Source: a virus. Taken from it: a DNA stretch of 35,622 nucleotides. Of the stretch, positions 10,204 to 17,182 are shown in pieces (within the stretch, counting starts at the first letter, position 1; every line of letters begins with the position of its first letter). The translations under genes were made by a program, and so were the position numbers. The stretch lies in IMG/VR virus record IMGVR_UViG_3300045912_000521, positions 1-35,622 of that record, one strand, 5' to 3'. A model generated the notes under the pieces. That model searched no databases. It saw nothing but the letters and a program-made list of their open reading frames with translations, and was not told the origin of the DNA.

Positions 10204-10599
10204 TCATTTCCGCCTCTTCTTCTCTTCCATCTCCACCAGGAAGCGGATGTAATCCACCGCTATTTGTTTTTTCTCTTCGGGCAGCAGGTCGAGCAGGTGA
10301 ACCAGCTGCTGTTGGTACTCAGTATATGCCGGGGCGGGGGGAAGCAGCCCGGCGGCGCGGAAGACGGTTTCGGGGGGTACACGAAAGGCGTTTGCAATAG
10401 CAACACACAACTCATTTCCTGGGCCGCGAGCGCCAGTCAGGACGCCGTTAATGGCCGCTCTCGTTACTCCAGCTTCTCTGGCTAAATCCGCCTGGGATAA
10501 ATTGCGCTTACTCATCTCGGATTGAAGCCATTCAGAAAAGGGATATTTGTCAGCCATTGCTAACATTTTATCTTCAAGAACGTATGCTATGGTGGACAT
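10204..10599 (-). CDS. XRE/CI-type helix-turn-helix repressor
   Basis: The HTH is LSQADLAREAGVTRAAINGVLTG. It is transcribed divergently from the early operon and lies next to int. Confidence 0.85.
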   Translation of the reverse strand: MSTIAYVLEDKMLAMADKYPFSEWLQSEMSKRNLSQADLAREAGVTRAAINGVLTGARGPGNELCVAIANAFRVPPETVFRAAGLLPPAPAYTEYQQQLVHLLDLLPEEKKQIAVDYIRFLVEMEEKKRRK

Positions 10600-10614
10600 A
10601 GTGTAAATTGATAG

Positions 10615-10643
10615 TTGACAAATTCAGATACCGATGCTATTAT
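10615..10643 (+). promoter_or_regulatory. Rightward early promoter (sigma70-like)
   Basis: TTGACA at 10615-10620, a 17-nt spacer, then TATTAT at 10638-10643. GAGAGGAG and the ATG at 10690 lie downstream. Confidence 0.6.
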
Positions 10644-10689
10644 GTATGCAGCAGTTAACAATATGTAAGCAAACAAGAGAGGAGTCCTC

Positions 10690-10896
10690 ATGCCCGATCC
10701 TAATCAACTTATTCGTGTAAACGATGTTGAAGCCCTGGAGATGATCCGCACCCTGTCCGAACAAGACCTGCGCTCTATGGGCGCAGAAGTCGCCTGGCTC
10801 ATCCGCCAGGAATGGGCGCGGCGGTATTCGCGTCCCAATCCGCTCATCTCGGTGGCGGACGCGATGACGGCGGGGGAGAAACTCGATGAGGAGTAG
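10690..10896 (+). CDS. Small first early-operon protein (68 aa) in the Cro position; function unknown
   Basis: It has a strong RBS and is divergent from the repressor. No HTH was recognised by eye. Confidence 0.5.
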   Translation: MPDPNQLIRVNDVEALEMIRTLSEQDLRSMGAEVAWLIRQEWARRYSRPNPLISVADAMTAGEKLDEE

Positions 10897-10948
10897 GTTC
10901 TCAGGCGGTTGGTCGTAGTGGGATGTTCATTGGAAGGCAGGTAGATTG

Positions 10949-11704
10949 ATGCGCGGATTGATTCTCTCCCTCTTTCCGGGGCTGGGACTGCTGGATGTGG
11001 GTTTCATGGAGCAGGGCTGGACGGTTGTGCGCGGACCAGATATTGTGTATGGGAAACTGCACGACATCCGGGAGTTTTACCCACCTGCTGGTGTTTTCGA
11101 GGGAATCATCGGCGGACCGCCGTGCCAGGCGCACAGTCGCCTGGCTGCCGTGGTGCGCAGCCGTTATGGAGAGGATCATGTCGCGCCCGATTTGATACCT
11201 GAGTTTGTACGCTGTATCGAAGAAGCCGGGCCGGAGTGGTTCCTCATGGAAAACGTCCCAAATGCTCCCGGTCCACAGGTCAGCGGCTATGGCGTACATT
11301 CGTTTTTGCTGAACAACCGCTGGCTGATGGACGGTACGCCGCAGAATCGGTTGAGAAGATTCTGGTTCGGCATACGGGGAGAGGAGGAGGTTGACCTGCG
11401 CCAGTGGATCCAGTATACACCGCTGGAACCGGTAGAGTATGAGGGTGCAGTCCTGGCCAACGGGCAGTTTCAGGAACGGCAATTGAGCAAAAAGATTGAC
11501 AGTTCCAATGCCCTGGTGCGCAAGTCCCTGTACTTGCAAGGTCTTCCTGAAAACTTCTTCGATACCACTCCACTGACGGTTCGGGGAAAGCAGCGGTTGA
11601 TCGGCAATGCCGTCCCGCTGCCAATGAGCCGGGCAATAGCCGGGGCAATTCGCAGTTTTCTCAGATCCAAAGGAGTGAGTCATGTCCACACGGGAAATCA
11701 TTGA
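10949..11704 (+). CDS. DNA (cytosine-5)-methyltransferase, compact at 251 aa and orphan
   Basis: Motifs seen: I (LSLFPGLGLLDVGF), IV (GGPPCQAHS), VI (ENVPN), VIII (QNRLRRFWFG) and X (GNAVP). No restriction endonuclease partner is visible. Confidence 0.9.
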   Translation: MRGLILSLFPGLGLLDVGFMEQGWTVVRGPDIVYGKLHDIREFYPPAGVFEGIIGGPPCQAHSRLAAVVRSRYGEDHVAPDLIPEFVRCIEEAGPEWFLMENVPNAPGPQVSGYGVHSFLLNNRWLMDGTPQNRLRRFWFGIRGEEEVDLRQWIQYTPLEPVEYEGAVLANGQFQERQLSKKIDSSNALVRKSLYLQGLPENFFDTTPLTVRGKQRLIGNAVPLPMSRAIAGAIRSFLRSKGVSHVHTGNH

Positions 11705-11846
11705 ACGGCTTGAACAAATCCGCAGGATGGTCAACTGGGCTGAAATCAATCGCAGCCCTGAAGACTTCATCCAAATTCGGCTGGAAATCAATGCCCTGGA
11801 AGAAGAAATTCGCTCTCATGAACTCATTGTAGGAGAAAAGGCATGA
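11682..11846 (+). CDS. Hypothetical 54-aa helical protein, below the ORF-track cutoff
   Basis: AAAGGAG precedes the ATG at 11682. Its stop forms an ATGA overlap with the next gene at 11843. Translated by hand: MSTREIIERLEQIRRMVNWAEINRSPEDF... Confidence 0.5.
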   Translation: MSTREIIERLEQIRRMVNWAEINRSPEDFIQIRLEINALEEEIRSHELIVGEKA

Positions 11847-12169
11847 ATATCGACATCGGGGCAGATTTCGGAACGATTCTGGCGGTCCTGATGGGGCTAT
11901 TTCTTTTCGGTATCGGCTACAACGCGCTGGTTGCCTGGCTGGAACGCAAGGGGTACACAGAAGGCTATTTGAGCCTGATTGTAGCCTTCGGCGTTTTTGT
12001 TACCCTGTGCGGCGTTGCGATACTGAGTATCCACGCTGCGCTGATCACCCTGGGAGCGTTTATCGCCAGCGGGACGCCCATGATTGTCGGGTCAATCATT
12101 CGCTACATCAAAGCGCGTGAGGATGCCAAACGCGCCATTCTTGAGGAAACCCATGACCAAACCGCGTGA
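11843..12169 (+). CDS. Hypothetical membrane protein (108 aa, about 3 TM helices)
   Basis: Hydrophobic segments ILAVLMGLFLFGIGY, LSLIVAFGVFVTLCGVAIL and LITLGAFIASGTPMIVG. Confidence 0.6.
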   Translation: MNIDIGADFGTILAVLMGLFLFGIGYNALVAWLERKGYTEGYLSLIVAFGVFVTLCGVAILSIHAALITLGAFIASGTPMIVGSIIRYIKAREDAKRAILEETHDQTA

Positions 12170-12362
12170 ATGGCCCAATTCGGCACGCGAAGCCCGGGAC
12201 CGCAGCGCCGAGGAAGCCATCCGCGCATTGCGGGCAATAGAGCCGCTTCTAGAAAAGGAGGTGACGGAGACGGAAAAGATACGAAGACTGGCAATTGCGA
12301 TACATGCTTTGCAAACGATTTTGCGCTTACTCGAAAGGGAAGGCGCGCAGACAAGACCGTAG
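12153..12362 (+). CDS. Hypothetical protein (69 aa)
   Basis: An in-frame ATG at 12153 lies within the listed ORF 12084..12362. The sequence is helical and charged. Confidence 0.45.
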   Translation: MTKPREWPNSAREARDRSAEEAIRALRAIEPLLEKEVTETEKIRRLAIAIHALQTILRLLEREGAQTRP

Positions 12363-12377
12363 AAAGGAGAAAAGATT

Positions 12378-12605
12378 ATGCCGATGAGTTGGAGTACTGA
12401 GTATGACTTGCGGCGCGCATTGCGAGATGGCGATGAAGAACTCGTTGAGGAGATTTTACGCCGCGACCGGTTTGCCGATTTCGATGAGGTAAAGCAGGTT
12501 TTTGAGGATGAGCGAAAAGGTCGCATCCGCCCACTTGGCAATATCGAATACGGCGACCTGAACATCCGCGACCGCTTTGGACGACCTGAAGTACGGAGAA
12601 AGTAA
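12378..12605 (+). CDS. Hypothetical protein (75 aa)
   Basis: AAGGAG lies 8 nt upstream of the ATG at 12378. Confidence 0.55.
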   Translation: MPMSWSTEYDLRRALRDGDEELVEEILRRDRFADFDEVKQVFEDERKGRIRPLGNIEYGDLNIRDRFGRPEVRRK

Positions 12606-12913
12606 TGGAATACGAAAAGCGTATCTATACCCAATACGGCTGGATGCCAAAAGAAGGAAAAGCCATGACCGAACTGGAAAAAGTCGTATCTCTGATCGCC
12701 GATGCCCTCGAGTATCCTGAGTCCCCCGATCCGCACCCGGTATTGATCTACGCCGCCCGCTATGTGCTTACTGAGTATGACCGGGCTGACATCCCGGACT
12801 GGGTAGAGGCGTTGGCAAACGGCAACCTGGATTTGTGGGAAGACGTGGTGGATGAGGTTCGACGGTTGAAGAAAGCCGAGGAGATGGACGATGACAACGA
12901 TGACGATGACTAA
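12605..12913 (+). CDS. Hypothetical protein with an acidic C-terminal tail (102 aa)
   Basis: TAATG overlap with the upstream gene. The C-terminus is EEMDDDNDDDD. Confidence 0.55.
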   Translation: MEYEKRIYTQYGWMPKEGKAMTELEKVVSLIADALEYPESPDPHPVLIYAARYVLTEYDRADIPDWVEALANGNLDLWEDVVDEVRRLKKAEEMDDDNDDDD

Positions 12914-13229
12914 CAGTCAGCGCATGTCGCTTAAGCCGCTGATCATTGCGATGATCCTTATTGCACTTGCAGTTGTATCAATGCACGCCTTGGCCAAGCA
13001 TGGTCAGGCGGCAGTTGTGGCCAGCCAGTGTGCGGACTTCCCGCAAGCAAGGATGGAAAACCCAATCAACGGACGCATCGCATTTATCTGCTTGACCGAT
13101 TCAGGTTGGGGTGTGGCAATTTCCGAACGAAATGGTCAACCTGTTACTTCGTTCTTGCGCGAAAAAGCGAAACGGCTGGAACAGGTCATCCGATATTTGC
13201 GTAATGGTGGCTACGAACTAGTCCAATAA
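12891..13229 (+). CDS. Hypothetical secreted or membrane-anchored protein (112 aa)
   Basis: It has an N-terminal signal or TM segment (LKPLIIAMILIALAVVSMHALA). Confidence 0.5.
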   Translation: MTTMTMTNSQRMSLKPLIIAMILIALAVVSMHALAKHGQAAVVASQCADFPQARMENPINGRIAFICLTDSGWGVAISERNGQPVTSFLREKAKRLEQVIRYLRNGGYELVQ

Positions 13230-13233
13230 AAAA

Positions 13234-13255
13234 CCGCCCTGGCCGGGGCGGTATT
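13234..13255. terminator. GC hairpin terminator candidate; reads better on the minus strand
   Basis: CCGCCC (13234-39) pairs with GGGCGG (13246-51). It is flanked by an A-run upstream and TATT downstream, so the T-run lies on the minus strand. It sits right after the stop of 12891..13229. Confidence 0.4.
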
Positions 13256-13307
13256 AGGGAAAGAGCGGAAACTCTTTACATTTCAATTATACCAGAAGGA
13301 GATAAAA

Positions 13308-14039
13308 ATGGTAACTCAATTTGTTGATCCGTGGGACATTGCCGAACAGGCAAAAGAACCCCAGTTCTCAAACGTGATTTGGGGACAGTGTGAGGCAAAG
13401 TCGTGGTGGTGTGTACTGGAGAAAGGAGTTGGTAAGGTGGAATTTGATCCACAGATGCACAGCCCGGATTTGCGCCGCACGGCAATTGACATCATCATTC
13501 ATCCCCTGGCTGACATGGGACTAAACTTTGACCTGGCACGCAACATGATTGCTGAATCGCGGGAATGGGCTGGAATTGTCCTCCCCAGCATCCGTGATAT
13601 GGGCATTAGCCCGAAACAGCTGAACGGTTCGTGGGTCAAGGTGCAAACTGTGACACTGACTGACAAAGCAGGCAATCCGGTTACATACACGGACGGGAAC
13701 GGCATTGTCAAAGAAAAGACCACAATCAAATTCCTGGCGATTTTCAAAGACGAAGCCGAGTGCCGCGCCGACTACCTGGCGAATTCCGGGAAAGCCCACC
13801 AACAGACTCAGTATGCTGGGGGGGGTGGCAATGAAAACGGCAATGGTAACAAAGAGCGCGAAACTGCGTTGAAGTTTCTCAAGGTTTATGTGGAAAATGC
13901 CTGCCGTGGGCAAACCGACCTGAACGTCATCCGCAACACGTTGGCACTGAATATTGCACAGCAGTCACTCATTGCCAAATACTTCACTGTGGATAGCCCC
14001 GAAGTCGTTGAAATGATTGCCAAAGAGATGAGCAAGTAA
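13308..14039 (+). CDS. Hypothetical early protein (243 aa)
   Basis: AAGGAG RBS. No family was recognised by eye. Confidence 0.6.
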   Translation: MVTQFVDPWDIAEQAKEPQFSNVIWGQCEAKSWWCVLEKGVGKVEFDPQMHSPDLRRTAIDIIIHPLADMGLNFDLARNMIAESREWAGIVLPSIRDMGISPKQLNGSWVKVQTVTLTDKAGNPVTYTDGNGIVKEKTTIKFLAIFKDEAECRADYLANSGKAHQQTQYAGGGGNENGNGNKERETALKFLKVYVENACRGQTDLNVIRNTLALNIAQQSLIAKYFTVDSPEVVEMIAKEMSK

Positions 14040-14041
14040 CT

Positions 14042-14218
14042 ATGTACGATGTAACTTTTCTCATCCCGGATTATACAGACTGGCAGGATGAAGAAGATTT
14101 CACTCCACCCGATCCGGACAGCGGAATGCCAGAAACTGAGCGAGACCGCCTATTTGAGGAACTGTGCGCCATGATTGACGCTGGCGCATTTGACCCAGAA
14201 AACGAGATTCTCGCGTAG
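14042..14218 (+). CDS. Hypothetical acidic 58-aa protein, below the ORF-track cutoff
   Basis: The ATG lies 2 nt after the upstream TAA. Translated by hand: MYDVTFLIPDYTDWQDEEDFTPPDPDSGMPETERDRLFEELCAMIDAGAFDPENEILA. Confidence 0.45.
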   Translation: MYDVTFLIPDYTDWQDEEDFTPPDPDSGMPETERDRLFEELCAMIDAGAFDPENEILA

Positions 14219-14233
14219 TGTTGGCTCAAAACC

Positions 14234-14927
14234 TTCAGGCGGCAGGTGCGTGATGATGGGTTCGAGTCCCATTCGCCTGAAACAGCACCTTGACAAGTGA
14301 CATGATCTAAACCAGCCGCCAAAGGGGCAGGATGGAACATCCTGATGGGTGCAAGTCCCATCGGCTGGTTTGGCGAACCTGACCTTGCTAGCGAGGCAGG
14401 TGAAGCCCGTCGCACCCTACACGTGGTGAAAGAGACATGAGCGGCGGGAAAAAGGCAGGGTGACGGCTCGGAGAGACGAGAATACAGACCTGCCTGCAAT
14501 GGCGGGTGCCAAAGCGGATAGAACGCTTGACGAGTGTGGACAGTACATGGTGACACCTCCCACGCCTGCGCCGTGCGGCGTCTGGAACGGCGCAAGTTCT
14601 TTACCATGCTATACGTCGGCTGTGTTGGGAGGCGGGGTCAAGGGTTGAGTCACCAGCCCTTGGCGGTGTAGGGGCAAGGAGTCCCTACAACGGGCGGCAA
14701 GTGAGACCTTTGGAAACTTGCCGGGGGGCGTGACAGCCGGGAGAGACCGGCAACCTTGTACCTTGACATGCGGCAATAGTTCAACAGTAGAGCGGGTTAT
14801 TAAGACTCAGATGGAAGTTCAAATCTTCCTTGCCGCTTTAGCCGGGTGTCCTTTTCACCCGGTGATCCTCCTTCGCAAGGGCGGGCGCGAGGCACATTGC
14901 AAATTATTGGTAGCCAGACGCCCGCCC
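14234..14927 (+). ncRNA. Large unclassified structured RNA locus with three tRNA-like modules carrying T-arm hairpins
   Basis: There is a 730-nt gap between CDSs (14219-14948). I counted 36 G+C in the 60 nt at 14401-14460. At least 11 helices of 5-10 bp were found by hand: 14234-41/14274-81, 14309-18/14362-71, 14394-401/14488-95, 14556-62/14626-32, 14568-74/14587-93, 14637-44/14657-64, 14668-73/14683-88, 14695-702/14716-23, 14736-40/14747-51, 14842-48/14856-62 and 14879-87/14919-27. Strand is inferred from the flanking genes and the T-loop orientation. Confidence 0.6.
14770..14837 (+). ncRNA. tRNA-like element with intact acceptor, D and T arms but no canonical anticodon stem
   Basis: GCGGCAA (14770-76) pairs perfectly with TTGCCGC (14830-36). 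The D arm is GTTC-AACAGTA-GAGC and the T arm is GGAAG-TTCAAAT-CTTCC. The 19 nt between them (GGGTTATTAAGACTCAGAT) cannot form a 5-bp anticodon stem. No CCA is encoded. Confidence 0.55.
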
Positions 14928-14948
14928 AAAAAAATCAGGAGCACTCAG

Positions 14949-15710
14949 ATGGCTATATCAGCAATTATGATAGACCAAAGAGAACCAGATTACATCCAGC
15001 ATCAATTCCCGGGCGCAGCAATAACCCTATTGCAAGCCGGAGACGCCTGGGTTGCGTGTGACGACGGGCATATCCTGTTAATTGAACGAAAGACAAGCGA
15101 TGATTTGCTCAACAGTTTGCGAGACGGCAGACTGCTGGAACAAATTGGACGGCTGGTCAACAACCGCATCAATCAGCAATTGCAGGGGAAATCCCAAACG
15201 TACTGGCCATACCTGGTCGTGACCGGCACACTCAGCCCAGATCACAACGGCAAAGTCTACACCGGACGTGAAACCGGCTGGGCGTGGAACGCGGTGCAGG
15301 GAGCACTATTGACCGTGCAGGAAATGGGCTGTTACGTAGTGCATTGCCCTTCAGATACTGAGTATGGGGGGGTTGTGAATATGCTGGCAAATCGCAAGCA
15401 TGATGACGTGGTGGACATATTGCCGCAAAAACAGCCTATTCCGGTAGACGCAAAGTCAGTTTTCTTGATGAGTTTACCGGGCATCGGCCTGGAACGAGCG
15501 CGGATGATTCTGGAGTGGAGCGGAGGGATTCTGGCTCACGCGATTGTCGGATTAACCGATATGAGCATCAAGTCTCCAATCAGCGATACAACACGACAAA
15601 AAGTACGCGGATTTTTGGGATTGAAAGATAAACAGACGATTGAGTTAAATCTGGATGAACAGGATAGAGAAAAACTGACCATTTTTGAAAAGGAGAAAGC
15701 ACATGTCTGA
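14949..15710 (+). CDS. ERCC4 (XPF/Mus81-type) nuclease with a C-terminal helix-hairpin-helix
   Basis: AGGAG lies 7 nt before the ATG at 14949. The ERK motif is ILLIERKTSDDLLNSLRDGRLLEQ and the HhH is LMSLPGIGLERARMILEW. The 77 codons upstream in the listed ORF lie in the RNA locus. Confidence 0.75.
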   Translation: MAISAIMIDQREPDYIQHQFPGAAITLLQAGDAWVACDDGHILLIERKTSDDLLNSLRDGRLLEQIGRLVNNRINQQLQGKSQTYWPYLVVTGTLSPDHNGKVYTGRETGWAWNAVQGALLTVQEMGCYVVHCPSDTEYGGVVNMLANRKHDDVVDILPQKQPIPVDAKSVFLMSLPGIGLERARMILEWSGGILAHAIVGLTDMSIKSPISDTTRQKVRGFLGLKDKQTIELNLDEQDREKLTIFEKEKAHV

Positions 15711-16425
15711 CGAAAAACTTGCCATTGTTCCGATTCAACAGCGGGAACTGACCCCGCAAATCTGGCAGATGATCAGCCAGATGGCGCCGGTGATGTGGAA
15801 ATCGCGCCTGTTCGGTGTGGTCAGCCAGGAAGCGGCGGCTGCAATCATGCTGAAAGGATACGAATTGGGATTGAGCATCACGGCCAGTTTTGAATTTATC
15901 CACGTCATTCAAGGCAAGCCCGGACTTTCACCACGCGGCGCTCTTGCGCTATTGCATTCCCATCCCGATATCGACAAAGTAGAAATCAAACGTCTTGTGG
16001 ACGAAGCCGGAAATTACATCGGGCATTCCTGCACGATCCGCAGAAAGAATGGGTTTGAATATACTGCCCAGTTTACACTTGAGGATGCAAAGAAAGCCGG
16101 GTTGATCAAACCAGACAGCGGGTGGACGAAGTACCCAGAACAAATGTGTATGTGGCGCGCGGTTGGTTTTGCAGCCGATGTAGCAGCACCAGACATTACC
16201 GCCGGCATGACAACCATTATGAAGATGCCGGAGGAACTGGGTATAGCCATTAATGACAATGGGGAAGTCATTGAGGTCAAACCGGTAGAACAGAAGCCAC
16301 AAATTACTCTTGACCAGTTACTGGAACGGTTTGACCCCGTTGCGATTATGGAAGCCAACGGTGGAAAGATTCCCGCCACTCAGGAAGAAGTGGAAAGTGT
16401 ACTTTCGATACTGAGTAATCAATAA
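15703..16425 (+). CDS. recT: RecT-family single-strand annealing protein
   Basis: AGGAGA then ATG at 15703. Matching sequence includes LKGYELGLSITASFEFIHVIQGKPGLSPRGALALL and TLEDAKKAGL...GWTKYPEQMCMWRAVGF. Confidence 0.8.
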   Translation: MSDEKLAIVPIQQRELTPQIWQMISQMAPVMWKSRLFGVVSQEAAAAIMLKGYELGLSITASFEFIHVIQGKPGLSPRGALALLHSHPDIDKVEIKRLVDEAGNYIGHSCTIRRKNGFEYTAQFTLEDAKKAGLIKPDSGWTKYPEQMCMWRAVGFAADVAAPDITAGMTTIMKMPEELGIAINDNGEVIEVKPVEQKPQITLDQLLERFDPVAIMEANGGKIPATQEEVESVLSILSNQ

Positions 16426-16438
16426 GGATACCAACATC

Positions 16439-17182
16439 ATGATTGAACATCTTTCCTACTCCAGCATCAGTCTTTATCTCGATTGCCCGGAAGCCTGGCG
16501 GCGCAAGTACATCGCGCAAGAGCCAACAAAAAAGACATCTGCACTCGCTTTTGGCAGTGCATTTCACGGCACAATCGAACGGATGATCCAGAGTACTCAG
16601 TATGATTGGGCGTCAATCTGGTCAGAAGAGTTTGGAAAAGCATTTCAGGACATCACATGGGAATCAGGAGAAACACCAGAACAGCACTACAACGAGGGCG
16701 TGCGTCTGCTGAGTCATGAGGATGTCAAAACGGCTATTCAGTCTATTCAACCCAAATCATCTGATCACATCGAAAAGAAAGTAGAACTGCGTGTACCTGG
16801 TGTACCTGTACCAGTCATTGGCTACATTGACATTATCCTTGCGGACGGTACACCGGCGGACTTCAAAACCAGCGCCAGATCGTGGACACAAGACCAGGCG
16901 AATAACAGCCTGCAAACTTTGTTCTACCTGGCTGCCATGAACCAGATGGGCTTTGAGGTCAACTGGCGTTTCAAACATTTTGTTTTTGTCAAGACCAAAA
17001 CGCCCCAGGTGCAGGTTCTGGAACACAGCCACACACCCGGGGAACTGTTTTTCCTGTTTGAGATGATTAATAGAGTGTGGGAAGGCATCAGCAAAGAGTT
17101 TTTCCCGTTGAATCCAACCACCTGGCGCTGCTCAGAAAAGTACTGTGACTTTTTCGCCAATTGCAGAGGGCGGTATGTATGA
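16439..17182 (+). CDS. PD-(D/E)XK exonuclease, Cas4/RecB-like with a Cys cluster
   Basis: There is an N-terminal Cys (LDCPEAW), the core GYIDIIL...DFKT and a C-terminal WRCSEKYCDFFANC. It is adjacent to recT. Confidence 0.75.
   Translation: MIEHLSYSSISLYLDCPEAWRRKYIAQEPTKKTSALAFGSAFHGTIERMIQSTQYDWASIWSEEFGKAFQDITWESGETPEQHYNEGVRLLSHEDVKTAIQSIQPKSSDHIEKKVELRVPGVPVPVIGYIDIILADGTPADFKTSARSWTQDQANNSLQTLFYLAAMNQMGFEVNWRFKHFVFVKTKTPQVQVLEHSHTPGELFFLFEMINRVWEGISKEFFPLNPTTWRCSEKYCDFFANCRGRYV

Noticed and set aside
10901-11791. A 296-aa minus-strand ORF
   Set aside because: It lies entirely antisense to the C5-methyltransferase, whose catalytic motifs are unambiguous. Its sequence is low-complexity and has no recognisable motifs.
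12092-12736. A 214-aa minus-strand ORF
   Set aside because: It is antisense to four short + strand ORFs that carry RBSs and coupled overlaps. Its composition is Ser/Arg-rich, typical of an antisense artefact.
14071-14607. A 178-aa minus-strand ORF, and the N-terminal 77 codons of the listed + ORF 14718..15710
   Set aside because: Both lie in the GC-rich, base-paired RNA locus. The minus ORF is Arg/Ser/Pro-rich with no RBS or homology cues. The ERCC4 gene has a proper AGGAG-supported ATG at 14949.
14219-14948. Assignment of the RNA locus to RNase P RNA, a cobalamin riboswitch, tmRNA or a group II intron
   Set aside because: Only short resemblances exist: AAGTCC, GGTGAA, a B12-box-like GCCGGGAGAGACCGGC at 14735-50 and a GTGCG at 14246. 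The diagnostic cores are absent, namely GGAAAGTCCGGGC, a domain V hairpin, a tag ORF and flanking split exons.
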